Shown: piece by piece, positions 7,061 through 15,108 of the stretch
Numbering within the stretch: position 1 is the first letter of the stretch
Layout: each line of letters opens with the position of its first letter
IMG/VR virus record: IMGVR_UViG_3300045988_164919
Location: 64,001 to 104,717 of that record
Direction: 5' to 3' (one strand)
Source of the DNA: a virus
DNA length: 40,717 nucleotides
Notes under the pieces: generated by a model
The model's input: only the letters and a program-made list of their open reading frames with translations
The model's database searches: none
Told to the model about the DNA's origin: nothing
Program-made: the position numbers and the translations under genes

Positions 7061-7295
7061 CTTCAGGGTGACGAACAAAAAATTCAATAAACAAACCTTC
7101 ATCTTGCTTACTATCACAGAAAAGTTCCAATTCATCACCATGCTGACCAAGTAATGCGCCAAGCGCGATATACTGTGAAAGTGCAGATTTCATATTATAT
7201 CTATCACCTTGTGGACTAACCAGCCATACATTACTATGTGCGCGATTAACTGCTGCGATAAAATCTTCAACCTGCTTAATATTTGTCAACTTCAT
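7056..7295 (-). CDS. Hypothetical protein (79 aa) embedded in the tRNA array.
   Basis: Track ORF with SD AAAGGAATTAAAATA-ATG. Protein is MKLTNIKQVEDFIAAVNRAHSNVWLVSPQGDRYNMKSALSQYIALGALLGQHGDELELFCDSKQDEGLFIEFFVRHPEV. Confidence 0.5.
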   Translation of the reverse strand: MKLTNIKQVEDFIAAVNRAHSNVWLVSPQGDRYNMKSALSQYIALGALLGQHGDELELFCDSKQDEGLFIEFFVRHPEV

Positions 7296-7311
7296 TATTT
7301 TAATTCCTTTC

Positions 7312-7460
7312 TATTGGAATATGGTGCTCCCGTCGGGATTTGAACCCACATCTGGCGATTTGGCCCAAGATGTTAGATTTGAACTTACATCTTTCTTGCG
7401 CATAGACTATTTTGCCATTTAAACTAATCTTGGATAAGTCGCCGGCTCTGACCAATTGAG
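7312..7460 (-). tRNA. Interrupted tRNA. The host is tRNA-Ile(UAU)-like (loop CUUAU|AA) and carries a 73-nt nested tRNA-like insertion in the anticodon loop.
   Basis: GCTCTCG-TA-GCTC-AATTGGTCA-GAGC-C-GGCGA-CTTAT[insert]AA-TCGCC-AGATG-TGGG-TTCAAAT-CCCG-ACGGGAGC-A-CCA. The anticodon stem GGCGA/TCGCC pairs only across the insert. Confidence 0.45.
7351..7423 (-). other. Nested tRNA-like element (73 nt, with its own acceptor and CCA) inside the tRNA at 7312-7460.
   Basis: CCAAGAT-TA-GTTT-AAATGGCA-AAAT-...-GTAAG-TTCAAAT-CTAAC-ATCTTGG-G-CCA. It has a perfect 7-bp acceptor, a D-arm-like stem, a T-arm and G-CCA. There is no convincing anticodon arm. Precise excision of this unit leaves a perfect 7-nt host loop CUUAUAA. 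Confidence 0.4.
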
Positions 7461-7484
7461 CTACGAGAGCATTTATTTGATTTC

Positions 7485-7526
7485 TTATTGATTACTTATA
7501 TATTATATTATATTTTTTTAATTTTT
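7485..7526 (-). promoter_or_regulatory. Conserved promoter motif copy upstream of the interrupted tRNA at 7312-7460.
   Basis: Plus strand cttatatattatattatatttttttaattttttcaaattaag. Minus strand reads CTTAATTTGAAAAAATTAAAAAAATATAATATAATATATAAG. Confidence 0.45.
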
Positions 7527-7561
7527 TCAAATTAAGAAATTTACCCAAGACTTTTTATACT

Positions 7562-7636
7562 TGGCTCCAAGGAAGGAATTCGAATCCTTATTTTCAGAAT
7601 TAACTCTGATGAATTATCCAGTTATTCGACCACGGA
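7562..7636 (-). tRNA. tRNA-like gene with an ambiguous UUAA-centred anticodon loop (6 or 8 nt). CCA encoded.
   Basis: T-arm AAGGA-TTCGAAT-TCCTT. Acceptor TCCGTGG/CCTTGGA (one mismatch), G, CCA. D-arm GAAT/ATTC. Anticodon region TCAGA-GTTAAT-TCTGA. Confidence 0.35.
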
Positions 7637-7664
7637 AAAAAGTTTAAGTTGCTGTAAAAGTCTT

Positions 7665-7712
7665 TTTATATAAATATTATATAATATTTTTTATTAAAAA
7701 TCAAATAATTAT
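7665..7712 (-). promoter_or_regulatory. Conserved promoter motif copy.
   Basis: Plus strand tatataaatattatataatattttttattaaaaatcaaataattatttta, a family member upstream of the tRNA at 7562-7636. Confidence 0.4.
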
Positions 7713-7741
7713 TTTATTCAAACAAGACTTATTTGGTTTGG

Positions 7742-7830
7742 TTCCGCTGGGTTTAACCGCTTCCCTACCTCCGCCATATAATGGTGGGGAGGGCAGGATT
7801 CGAACCTGCGTAGCATTCGCGACGGATTTA
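7742..7830 (-). tRNA. Permuted or fragmented tRNA locus. The T-arm, 3' acceptor and CCA segment lies upstream of an acceptor-5' plus D-arm segment.
   Basis: In minus-strand transcript order: ...TCCGT-CGCGAATGCTACG-CAGG-TTCGAAT-CCTG-CCTCCCC-A-CCA then a TTATAT linker then G-GCGGAGG-TA-GGG-AAGCGGTTAAA-CCC-A-GCGGA-AC... GCGGAGG pairs 6 of 7 with CCTCCCC. GCGGA pairs with the upstream TCCGT. Confidence 0.3.
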
Positions 7831-7869
7831 CTGTCCATTTTTTGCTGTTAAAGTCTTTATTTTCTTTAT

Positions 7870-7912
7870 TTTGTATATATATTATATATTAATTTTTATT
7901 AAATATCAAATT
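7870..7912 (-). promoter_or_regulatory. Conserved promoter motif copy.
   Basis: Plus strand ttgtatatatattatatattaatttttattaaatatcaaattt, immediately upstream of the 7742-7830 tRNA locus. Confidence 0.4.
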
Positions 7913-8600
7913 TATAAATTTTTTCTTGTGAATGATTATCAATAATTTCAATTAATTCATTAAGATAATTTTTATTTTCTGCAACTTTATCAATTTCAAT
8001 AGCTAAATTTAAAGCTGTATAACTAAAAGAGAGCTATTCTTTAATTCCAAGAATTTTTTTTATTTCTTCAGTAAATTGCTATAAATTACTTTTATTCAAA
8101 TAAAAATTTCCCAACAATAAAAATAAATTAGTTTTACCATTAATTAAAAAATAAATCTAATCTAAAATTTTCCAAAATTGTTTATCTATTTTTTTAAAAT
8201 TATTAAATAGCAATTTTAAACAATAATTTATATAACTAATATTTTGTTCAAAATTAAAATTATTAAAATCAGTGTATATTAACTAATTATCAAAATTATA
8301 ATTATTATTAATAATCTACAATAATAATTTATATCTATTAATAAAAATTTTATCTTGAATTTCCATAATTTTATATAATTCTATACCTTTATATTGTTTT
8401 AATATATCCTTATGTAAAATATATTTTTGACATAAATATTCATAAACAGATAAAATCTAAATATCCATATTATATTTTTGAAAATTTATATTCTTATAAT
8501 TACTTATACAAAATAAAATATTATCTTGTATAAGATACATATAATATATCTTACAGTTATATGTATTTTCGATAAATATTTTTAAATTATAATGGTTCAT
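7890..8600 (-). CDS. Asn/Ile/Lys/Tyr-rich hypothetical protein (about 236 aa) with at least 5 in-frame TAG codons. It is the last gene of the radical-SAM module.
   Basis: Hand translation of the minus strand gives continuous protein-like sequence: MNHYNLKIFIENTYNCKIYYMYLIQDNILFCISNYKNINFQKYNMDI-Q-ILSVYEYLCQKYILHKDILKQYKGIELYKIMEIQDKIF...WKILDLDLFLINGKTNLFLLLGNFYLNKSNLQQFTEEIKKILGIKEQLSFSYTALNLAIEIDKVAENKNYLNELIEIIDNHSQEKIYKFDI. It is interrupted only by TAG (for example at 8457-8459) and ends at TAA TAA (7890-7892). The ORF track shows this region as ORF-free. Confidence 0.5.
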
Positions 8601-9237
8601 TTCTACTTGTGCCACTACATGTGCCAGTACAGCTTGTACATAAACCTGAACAACTTCCTCCACACAATCCAGTACAATCGTTAGCACAATGTCTTGTACA
8701 GCTACCACTGCATCCACTACATCCTGTATAGCATCCACCTGAGCAAGAACCACTACATCCGCTACAGCTACCACTACAACTGCTTCGACATCCGCCTCTG
8801 CAAGTGTTTTGACAGCCTCCTTGGCAAGTATTCTTACAACTACCTAAACAAGTTCCCTAACATTGTACTCCACAACTTTCGCTACAACTGGTAGAACATA
8901 ATCCAGTGCAATAAGCTGAACATCCAGTATTCGAATCAGTTAATCCCATAGCTTGATAAGCTGTAATTTTTGCCTCTAATGTACTTAAATCATCATCTTT
9001 AATAACATTTATATTTTCATTCTGATTTTCAATATTTATTGCCGCCATAGGTTCTACCAGTTTTGTTATGTGTTCTTTTGAAATAACTTTTCCATTATCA
9101 GGCTAAGTAGTATAATCATAAGAAGTCCCTCCATATGAACTTACACTACCGGTATATTTACGACGTAAACATTCAGCCTTTATTTTTTTCTTTAATTCAT
9201 TGAATCTATCAGAAGTTATTGTCGTTCCTATTTTCAT
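8587..9237 (-). CDS. Cys-repeat precursor-like peptide (about 216 aa with two TAG codons) with a C-terminal (C-x3)n run of about 30 cysteines. An alternative internal start lies at 9048.
   Basis: ATG at 9237-9235 with SD AAAGGAGACAATGACAA-ATG, 28 nt after the radical SAM stop. Frame: MKIGTTITSDRFNELKKKIKAECLRRKYTGSVSSYGGTSYDYTT-Q(TAG 9103-9105)-PDNGKVISKEHITKLVEPMAAINIENQNENINVIKDDDLSTLEAKITAYQAMGLTDSNTGCSAYCTGLCSTSCSESCGVQC-Q(TAG 8857-8859)-GTCLGSCKNTCQGGCQNTCRGGCRSSCSGSCSGCSSGSCSGGCYTGCSGCSGSCTRHCANDCTGLCGGSCSGLCTSCTGTCSGTSRNEPL, then TAA at 8587-8589. Track ORF 8857..9048 is the middle fragment. Track ORF 8457..8774 is partly the wrong frame over the Cys repeats. Confidence 0.6.
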
Positions 9238-9265
9238 TTGTCATTGTCTCCTTTATTATATTATA

Positions 9266-10549
9266 TTCATCCTAAGAGATAATTTTTAATGCTTTTTCCA
9301 TATCTCCATTAAATTTAAATCGTTTATTCGAGTTTATTTTTTTTAAAATAGAATTTAAATAATATAAAGAAGCTAGAACTGTAGCATAATGCATATCACA
9401 AATATAAGTAACTCTTTTATTAACATTACCTGTTTCTTGATAATTATAAGCTGTACACCAAGAGCATCCTCCAGAAATTTCACAATCTAAACATTCTTGA
9501 GGAGATTGACTAATAACTGTTATTTCAGATAAATCTTTTAATCTATTGATGGTTAAATTATCTTGGCCTATTCCCTAATAAATATCTCCAATATAATATT
9601 CTGGCTGATTACTTATGCTATCTTCCATATAACGTAAACATGGATAATATTTACCTTTCCAATTTAAGGCTAACATACGACCATTCCCGCCACACCAATT
9701 ATCATTAGATAAATTTTTACTTCCATCATTAATATAAAAAATAGATAAATAAACTTTATCCCACAAATCATTATTTAATAAATAATCAGCAATTTTTTTT
9801 AACTAATAATATAATGTAGTGGCATGGTTAAGTTCCCAACCTTTTTCATACACACAATTTAGATTGATTTGACTATAACCATTGTTTATCATTTCTAAAA
9901 CAGCGTCATATAAATAATCTATATTAAATGGAGAGATAGTCATTTTACTCCCAATCCATTTATTATAATTATGGCTATAATGTAATGCGGCAGACAATGC
10001 TTTATCATAACTACCACTACCATCAGGGAAAACTCTACAAGCGTCATGTAATTTTTTATTTCCATCAATAGAAATTGATAAACTTAAATTTTCATTATTT
10101 TTTTTAATATACTCTTGTACTTTTTGTTCAAAATATAAAATACCATTAGAACTAATTGAAATTTTATATTTAGTAGCCCAGGGATGCCGCAATTCAATCA
10201 TTTTATTAATAAAATAATCAGTAATCTAATCAATTAATTCAATTTCTAAAAATGGCTCTCCACCTATAAATTCTATTATTACTCCTGGTATTTTATAAGA
10301 ATCAATATAACCAATAATTTTATTATCTCTGGTTAATATCTAATCAATCATCTGTTTAGCTGTTTCAAAAGATAATTTATGTTTACCTTTATGCCCTTGA
10401 TAACAATAAGTACAATTTAAACAACAATCATCTGTAACCTAAAATGTTAATGTAAATACAGACTAAGAATTTAAACAATCTTCAGGATATAAACGACCTA
10501 TAAAATCAGAAAATTCTTCAGGAATGTGGCTTATTTTAGGAAATAACAT
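9266..10549 (-). CDS. Radical SAM enzyme with a C-terminal SPASM domain (AnSME/peptide-maturase family), 427 aa, with 7 in-frame TAG codons.
   Basis: ATG at 10549-10547. The N-terminus has the CxxxCxxC radical SAM motif (VTDDCCLNCTYCYQG) and a GGEP motif (EFIGGEPF). The middle has SISIDGNKKLHDACRVFPDGSGSYDKAL (AnSME-like). The C-terminus has a SPASM Cys cluster (QECLDCEISGGCSWCTAYNYQ...YICDMHY). Track ORFs 9803..10201 and 9575..9766 are fragments. In-frame TAGs at 10463, 10439, 10340, 10247, 10226, 9803 and 9575 lie inside otherwise conserved sequence. Terminal stop is TGA at 9266-9268. Confidence 0.7.
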
Positions 10550-10817
10550 CAATAATTACCTCATTTGTATAAAAATCTAAATTCCAATTGCAAGTTTGAT
10601 TCCCAATTTCTGGTTTGATATAATTATTTTCTAATTCTAATTTAGCTAATTCATATTCAGCAAATAATTCTATATACTCATTATGATAATCATCAAAAGC
10701 TTTATTTCTAATATTTTGTCTAATTAAAAATTGACATAAATTTTTTCTAGCTTCAATTTCATAATTTAATTTCTAAAGATAATTTACTTCTTCTTGAGGA
10801 ATTATAATCTTCTTCAT
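10536..10817 (-). CDS. Small protein (93 aa, one TAG) immediately upstream of, and overlapping, the radical SAM gene.
   Basis: ATG at 10817-10815 with SD AGAAAGGAATAAAAAT-ATG. Protein is MKKIIIPQEEVNYL-Q-KLNYEIEARKNLCQFLIRQNIRNKAFDDYHNEYIELFAEYELAKLELENNYIKPEIGNQTCNWNLDFYTNEVIIDVIS with stop TAA. It overlaps the radical SAM start by 14 nt. Confidence 0.45.
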
Positions 10818-10899
10818 ATTTTTATTCCTTTCTTATATAAGAAATTTAATTATTTAATTAATATAATATGCCCTATATAAATAATTATAACATAAAAAT

Positions 10900-10926
10900 A
10901 AGAGAAAGTCAATTTGACTTTCTCTT
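10900..10926 (-). terminator. Terminator hairpin downstream of gene 10925..11233, followed by the promoter region of the radical-SAM module.
   Basis: aagagaaagtcaatttgactttctctt is a perfect 11-bp stem. On the minus strand it is followed by ATTTTTAT. Confidence 0.5.
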
Positions 10927-11233
10927 ATAAACCAAGCTTTTCAATTAAAGCTTTTAAATTTTCTTCTTCTTCTGGACTAATTTCTGTAGCCTTCTTTACA
11001 GACTGAATTGTTGCTCCATTTTCAAAATTAAGTTCATTATTACCAAAATCCATAGAACCAAAATTTTCTACAGGAGTTTTCGGACACGTTAGACTAATTG
11101 CAATCTGAATATATTGTCCATTTTCTTTAGCTCGCACATAATACTTTTTATCATAAGATCCGAGGAAATCTTCACCAAATGCTTCTGCAATTTTTTCTAC
11201 AACAGCATCTTTAGCAATACTACCTTTTGCCAT
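10925..11233 (-). CDS. Hypothetical protein, 102 aa.
   Basis: Track ORF. Protein is MAKGSIAKDAVVEKIAEAFGEDFLGSYDKKYYVRAKENGQYIQIAISLTCPKTPVENFGSMDFGNNELNFENGATIQSVKKATEISPEEEENLKALIEKLGL. Confidence 0.55.
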   Translation of the reverse strand: MAKGSIAKDAVVEKIAEAFGEDFLGSYDKKYYVRAKENGQYIQIAISLTCPKTPVENFGSMDFGNNELNFENGATIQSVKKATEISPEEEENLKALIEKLGL

Positions 11234-11352
11234 TATTCATTCTCCCTATCAAATAAAATTTCATCATAACAAGCTTCACAATAGTAAGCATTGTTTTCTT
11301 CATCATAAATTAAATCTTTTTTATCATAATACATATTACAATTATCACATAT

Positions 11353-12555
11353 CTAATAATTGTCTCCGCAACTACGGCATACATAACCATCATCATCATC
11401 TAATGATATTGCTTCAGGAATATAAATACGTCTACCGCATTCTCTACAGAAAGTAAAATCTTCTGTTTCTTCTGTACCATATTTAAGTTCACAATCAATA
11501 CAAAGCATCGTATCTGTTAAAACACAATCATTTTTACCACAAATACAACATTTTACATCATGTCCTATATTAACTTTAGTAGTGGTACGAGTTCTTGGAA
11601 GAATTAATTTATCTTGCGGAATACCTTCTTCATGCCAATAAGGTTCACTATAAGCAATACTAAACCAATAGTCATATACAGTAGAATGAAGAGGGTCATT
11701 ATAATGTAAAGGATTTTTTGGGTCAACAATAACCTTAATATCTGGGGTCATCATATACCCAGTAGGTAATAAACGAACTTCATTAGAAAAGATTTTATCA
11801 TTTATTGTAAATGTATTATATTTTTCATGACACCAATCGGTAAACCGATATCCTTGCCCGAAAAATGTTTCATACAGTTCAAGAGCAAAATCTTGTAATC
11901 CTTTACTTTCATAAGGATAATGCCGACCTGAAATAACCATAGTATCATCATCAGATACATGAAGAAGCATACGCCACTTCTTATCTGCCCATGGTACATC
12001 ATCTGGAAATCTAGGTAAAACCGCATCATGTTCACTCTTAATATAACATATAATCGTACAATTATCTGCCATATAAGATAAATTACCAGCACGATATTCT
12101 CCATCAAGAGCATGACATGACCGCCAATTATGCGTATTTTCACTTAAACTAAGATAATCCAATGGATGAACTGACATACAAAAATATCCACTAATTTTTG
12201 TATTTTGAATAAGCATACTAGCTTTATCTTGTATTTCAGTAAGAATTTCCTTATCTTCTACAAAATATTTAAATGCTTTAATTATTTTCATTCCTTTTGG
12301 AATGATAGTTCCATTATTCATTGAATAATCTTCGCTTAAAATATTATTATAAAAATTTTTTCTATTATTTTCAACAAAATCTCTTAATTCAAATAAGCCA
12401 TAACGCCAACGAATGTTGTCAATAAAACAATCTAATTCAGCTTTTTTATCATCTTCTGAAATAGACATTGTAATAGGTGCATGACTTTGATAAATTAATT
12501 TATTACCAGGAAGTCTGCTATAAAATTTGCATTTATTCTCTTCCCAATCATTCAT
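11353..12555 (-). CDS. Paralog A (400 aa) of a three-member family with a conserved HPLDY...SxN..W.SC...YRxG core and a C-terminal CxxC zinc-ribbon cluster.
   Basis: The long ORF has SVHPLDYLSLSENTHNWRSCHALDGEYRAGNLSYMADN, matching SIHPLDYMTMSDNANCWESCMNWTQGPGSYRAGTIEMMNSP in 15150..16808 and SIHPLDYLTMSDNACDWESCMNWYQGGDYRLGTVEMMNSP in 21796..23460. The C-terminus is CCICGKNDC...CIDC...CREC...CRSCG. A possible N-terminal extension to 12660 runs through the TAG at 12592-12594. Confidence 0.7.
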   Translation of the reverse strand: MNDWEENKCKFYSRLPGNKLIYQSHAPITMSISEDDKKAELDCFIDNIRWRYGLFELRDFVENNRKNFYNNILSEDYSMNNGTIIPKGMKIIKAFKYFVEDKEILTEIQDKASMLIQNTKISGYFCMSVHPLDYLSLSENTHNWRSCHALDGEYRAGNLSYMADNCTIICYIKSEHDAVLPRFPDDVPWADKKWRMLLHVSDDDTMVISGRHYPYESKGLQDFALELYETFFGQGYRFTDWCHEKYNTFTINDKIFSNEVRLLPTGYMMTPDIKVIVDPKNPLHYNDPLHSTVYDYWFSIAYSEPYWHEEGIPQDKLILPRTRTTTKVNIGHDVKCCICGKNDCVLTDTMLCIDCELKYGTEETEDFTFCRECGRRIYIPEAISLDDDDGYVCRSCGDNY

Positions 12556-12635
12556 TAATTTATCAATATTTAAAAGGTTAATGTCCAGTCCCTATGAATA
12601 GGCAATAACCTTCTTTACTTGTTCTTTAATTTCAT

Positions 12636-13634
12636 TTAAATTACAACAGGGACTCGACATTTATCACATACTCTTTCTTTCATATTATTTGAATAAAATA
12701 AATTATAGCACCTTTCACATTGATGAATATTAGGATCAAGTGCCAAACATTCAGGGCATACATGAACCTTTACTCCATCAATATCAAGAGGAAAATCTTC
12801 CCACTCATAATACAACTGATTACAAAAACTACAATTAATAAGTTTATCATCATCAAAATCATAAGGCATATGATATTTATTAGTCAATGTAATCCACTGA
12901 AGATATTCCTTGCTGGGGATAAATTTATATTTATCTGCATTTTCAATATCATCAAGCATTTTACATACTTTATTAATTGTATTATACAATGTTCTAATAT
13001 GCAAATCTTCATTTTGAGTATGTTCATGATGATAGCCAACTGATAAATTTACTCCGGCAATTTCCCATTCAGGCATAATAATACTAATATCTGTAAATGA
13101 TCCAATTGCTTGTCTAAAACCAAAACTTTCAACATAATCTATAAATGTAAAATTTTCACACTCATAGAAGACACAATCTCTTTCACCAGCTCTATCAAGC
13201 TCAATCATGTACTTAATATTTGGAGCTACTGGATGTGCTTCAACAAATATATGCGCACCATAGCCACCCATTTCTTCATCCGTTGTAAAAAGAACATAAG
13301 GTCTATACTTTTTGCGTAAAATCTGAATAATCGCAAAAACACCTGCTCTATCGTCTGCTCCAAGACCTTCCTTGCCTTTATAAACAGCTCTTTTCTCATT
13401 ATAAGTAAATTGACGAATTGGTTGTCTAAATACAGTATCTACATGTGCAATAAGCATAACAGGAATATTACCTTCAGCATATACATAATCTTCTGTAATC
13501 TCTACATTAGAATATTTATTAGATACAAAATCACCGAGAGCTTTCAAAAGACCTACTTCACTAATCTTGAATAACCCTTCCAAGAGCCCTCTACAATTTT
13601 CAGTAAAATCAGGAACTAAAACTTTTTTACCCAT
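12636..13634 (-). CDS. M42/M28-like zinc metallopeptidase domain fused to a C-terminal zinc ribbon, 332 aa.
   Basis: It has the motifs IAHVDTV (HxD), DDRAGV (DDRxG) and TTDEEMGGYGA (EE catalytic pair), then a C-terminal CSFCN...CPEC...CERC...CDKC cluster. Confidence 0.6.
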   Translation of the reverse strand: MGKKVLVPDFTENCRGLLEGLFKISEVGLLKALGDFVSNKYSNVEITEDYVYAEGNIPVMLIAHVDTVFRQPIRQFTYNEKRAVYKGKEGLGADDRAGVFAIIQILRKKYRPYVLFTTDEEMGGYGAHIFVEAHPVAPNIKYMIELDRAGERDCVFYECENFTFIDYVESFGFRQAIGSFTDISIIMPEWEIAGVNLSVGYHHEHTQNEDLHIRTLYNTINKVCKMLDDIENADKYKFIPSKEYLQWITLTNKYHMPYDFDDDKLINCSFCNQLYYEWEDFPLDIDGVKVHVCPECLALDPNIHQCERCYNLFYSNNMKERVCDKCRVPVVI

Positions 13635-13648
13635 TTCTTATTCCCTTC

Positions 13649-13699
13649 TATTATTATATAAATATTATATAATAATTTTATTAAATAATCAATTAGGGC
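13649..13699 (-). promoter_or_regulatory. Conserved promoter motif copy upstream of the peptidase gene.
   Basis: Plus strand ctattattatataaatattatataataattttattaaataatcaattaggg. Confidence 0.45.
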
Positions 13700-14516
13700 T
13701 TATCTGTTCTTGGTCTTCTCCCTCATGTTCGGCAATATACTCCTTGGCCCATTGACGTCCGGCCCGTTCAAAATACAATACTTTATCACACATTTGGCAA
13801 TAAGGTTTAGGTGTTTCACATACTTGTCTACAATTAAGACGCATTTCATCAAGACCTTCATACACCAATCTATCATCAATATTAGTATTAAGTCCAAAAA
13901 TTAATGAATTCATGTCATTGGGCCAAGACTTATCTTCAAAATAAATGCGGTAGAAGGCTCGTTCTTGTGTAGGTCCATCATTTTCAAATTCACAAACATC
14001 AAAATATGGTTTATAAATATCAAGTTTTTCTGGACGAACCCAAGTGCCATGTAAGCCACTCATTTGTGGAATATGCCCTTGAATATATGCGCGATTTGGC
14101 ACAAGTCTTAATGGAATATCTATTTTTTTTACTTCATTTAAATCAAAGAAAATAGGAGCATCAATATAAGCATATGATACACCTAATTTTTTTAGATTAT
14201 ACAGCTCATAATATGTTTTTGCTGGTTCACTATAAAAAAATTTAAGATCATATTTCTCCATCCAGCGTAATGTAAGCAAAGGATTTAAATCATGCAACCG
14301 AACATAGAAGGTGCGGCCCTAATGTAGGCCGGCCTTACAAGTGGCTATACTTTTCCAATCCATTGGTTTGCCTTTTGGAGCATCTATGACAAAATCTTTA
14401 TCAGGATATTTTTCTACTAAATCAAGAAGATGGTCAATATATGCCCATTTAACCTCAACCTATTCTGCCTTTTGGAGATATTGTTCTTCTTGATTATGTC
14501 TTAAACAAACTTTCAT
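13689..14516 (-). CDS. Hypothetical protein (about 275 aa, two TAG codons) with a C-terminal zinc ribbon.
   Basis: Track ORF 13689..14297 extends 5' through TAGs at 14311-14313 and 14401-14403 to an ATG at 14516-14514. This gives MKVCLRHNQEEQYLQKAE-Q-VEVKWAYIDHLLDLVEKYPDKDFVIDAPKGKPMDWKSIATCKAGLH-Q-GRTFYVRLHDLNPLL... SD is AAAAGGAGTAGATAAAA-ATG. The C-terminus is CRQVCETPKPYCQMCDK. Confidence 0.55.
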
Positions 14517-14654
14517 TTTTATCTACTCCTTTTTATATTATTTTATCATATTATTAACATTTAGTCAAGAAAATTCTTAAATCACTTTTTAATTTAGGCG
14601 TTCGGTATAGACGCTTGACCTTGGCCGGAGCAGCACCTTAAAATGGCAAAACAA

Positions 14655-14677
14655 AAGGGTCGGTTTCCCGACCCTTC
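14655..14677 (-). terminator. Terminator hairpin downstream of the GC-rich moron gene.
   Basis: aagggtcgg-tttc-ccgaccctt is a perfect 9-bp GC-rich stem. On the minus strand it is followed by TTTTGTTTTG. Confidence 0.55.
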
Positions 14678-14682
14678 ATTTA

Positions 14683-15078
14683 TTAAGCTCTTGCGTAGCA
14701 CATTGCGTGGCGTGCCTTCTCACCCTCGCCGCCAGGAACCTTCATCTCCTGCTTCTTCACCAGACCATCGCGGACAAGACCTGCAAGACGATGACGAACC
14801 TTACCCAGAGTAATCTCTTCATCATCAACAAGGTTATGAATTGCATCAGCAGTACGGAACTGCTCATCAATTACTGCAAACACCTTCTCGCGTGCAACAT
14901 CAGGCTCAGCCTTCTTGGCTTCACGCTTCTCACGGTCCTTGGCATTGCGCTGGTCAATACGGTCAATCTCTGTCTGACAAAAATCAACCAGAGTCTGTGC
15001 ATCAACTTCAACCTCTTCACCGCACAGCTTGCCAATCAGAGCATCGTACAGCTCACGCTTCGTAAACTTCTTTTCCAT
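14683..15078 (-). CDS. GC-rich moron gene: a 131-aa acidic/basic protein with a probable C-terminal winged-helix DNA-binding region.
   Basis: Local GC content (about 50%) and GC3-rich codon usage (ctg, cgc, gcc) contrast sharply with the flanks. It has its own promoter motif (15109-15158) and terminator (14655-14677). Protein is MEKKFTKRELYDALIGKLCGEEVEVDAQTLVDFCQTEIDRIDQRNAKDREKREAKKAEPDVAREKVFAVIDEQFRTADAIHNLVDDEEITLGKVRHRLAGLVRDGLVKKQEMK... The + strand ORFs 14707..15153 and 14841..15065 are antisense. Confidence 0.6.
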   Translation of the reverse strand: MEKKFTKRELYDALIGKLCGEEVEVDAQTLVDFCQTEIDRIDQRNAKDREKREAKKAEPDVAREKVFAVIDEQFRTADAIHNLVDDEEITLGKVRHRLAGLVRDGLVKKQEMKVPGGEGEKARHAMCYARA

Positions 15079-15108
15079 AATTTAATAACTCCTTTTATTT
15101 TTCCTTTA

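Noticed and set aside
7861-8600. An apparently ORF-free 700-bp AT-rich tract. I initially suspected an origin or non-coding spacer.
   Set aside because: Hand translation shows one continuous minus-strand reading frame interrupted only by TAG codons, which is the gene 7890..8600. It is not non-coding.
8457-8774. Track ORF MVAVADVVVLAQVDAIQDVVDAVV... (105 aa).
   Set aside because: Its N-terminal two-thirds is the wrong-frame reading of the Cys-repeat DNA (TGY repeats read as GTN/GCN). Only its C-terminal third is real, and that belongs to the downstream gene 7890..8600.
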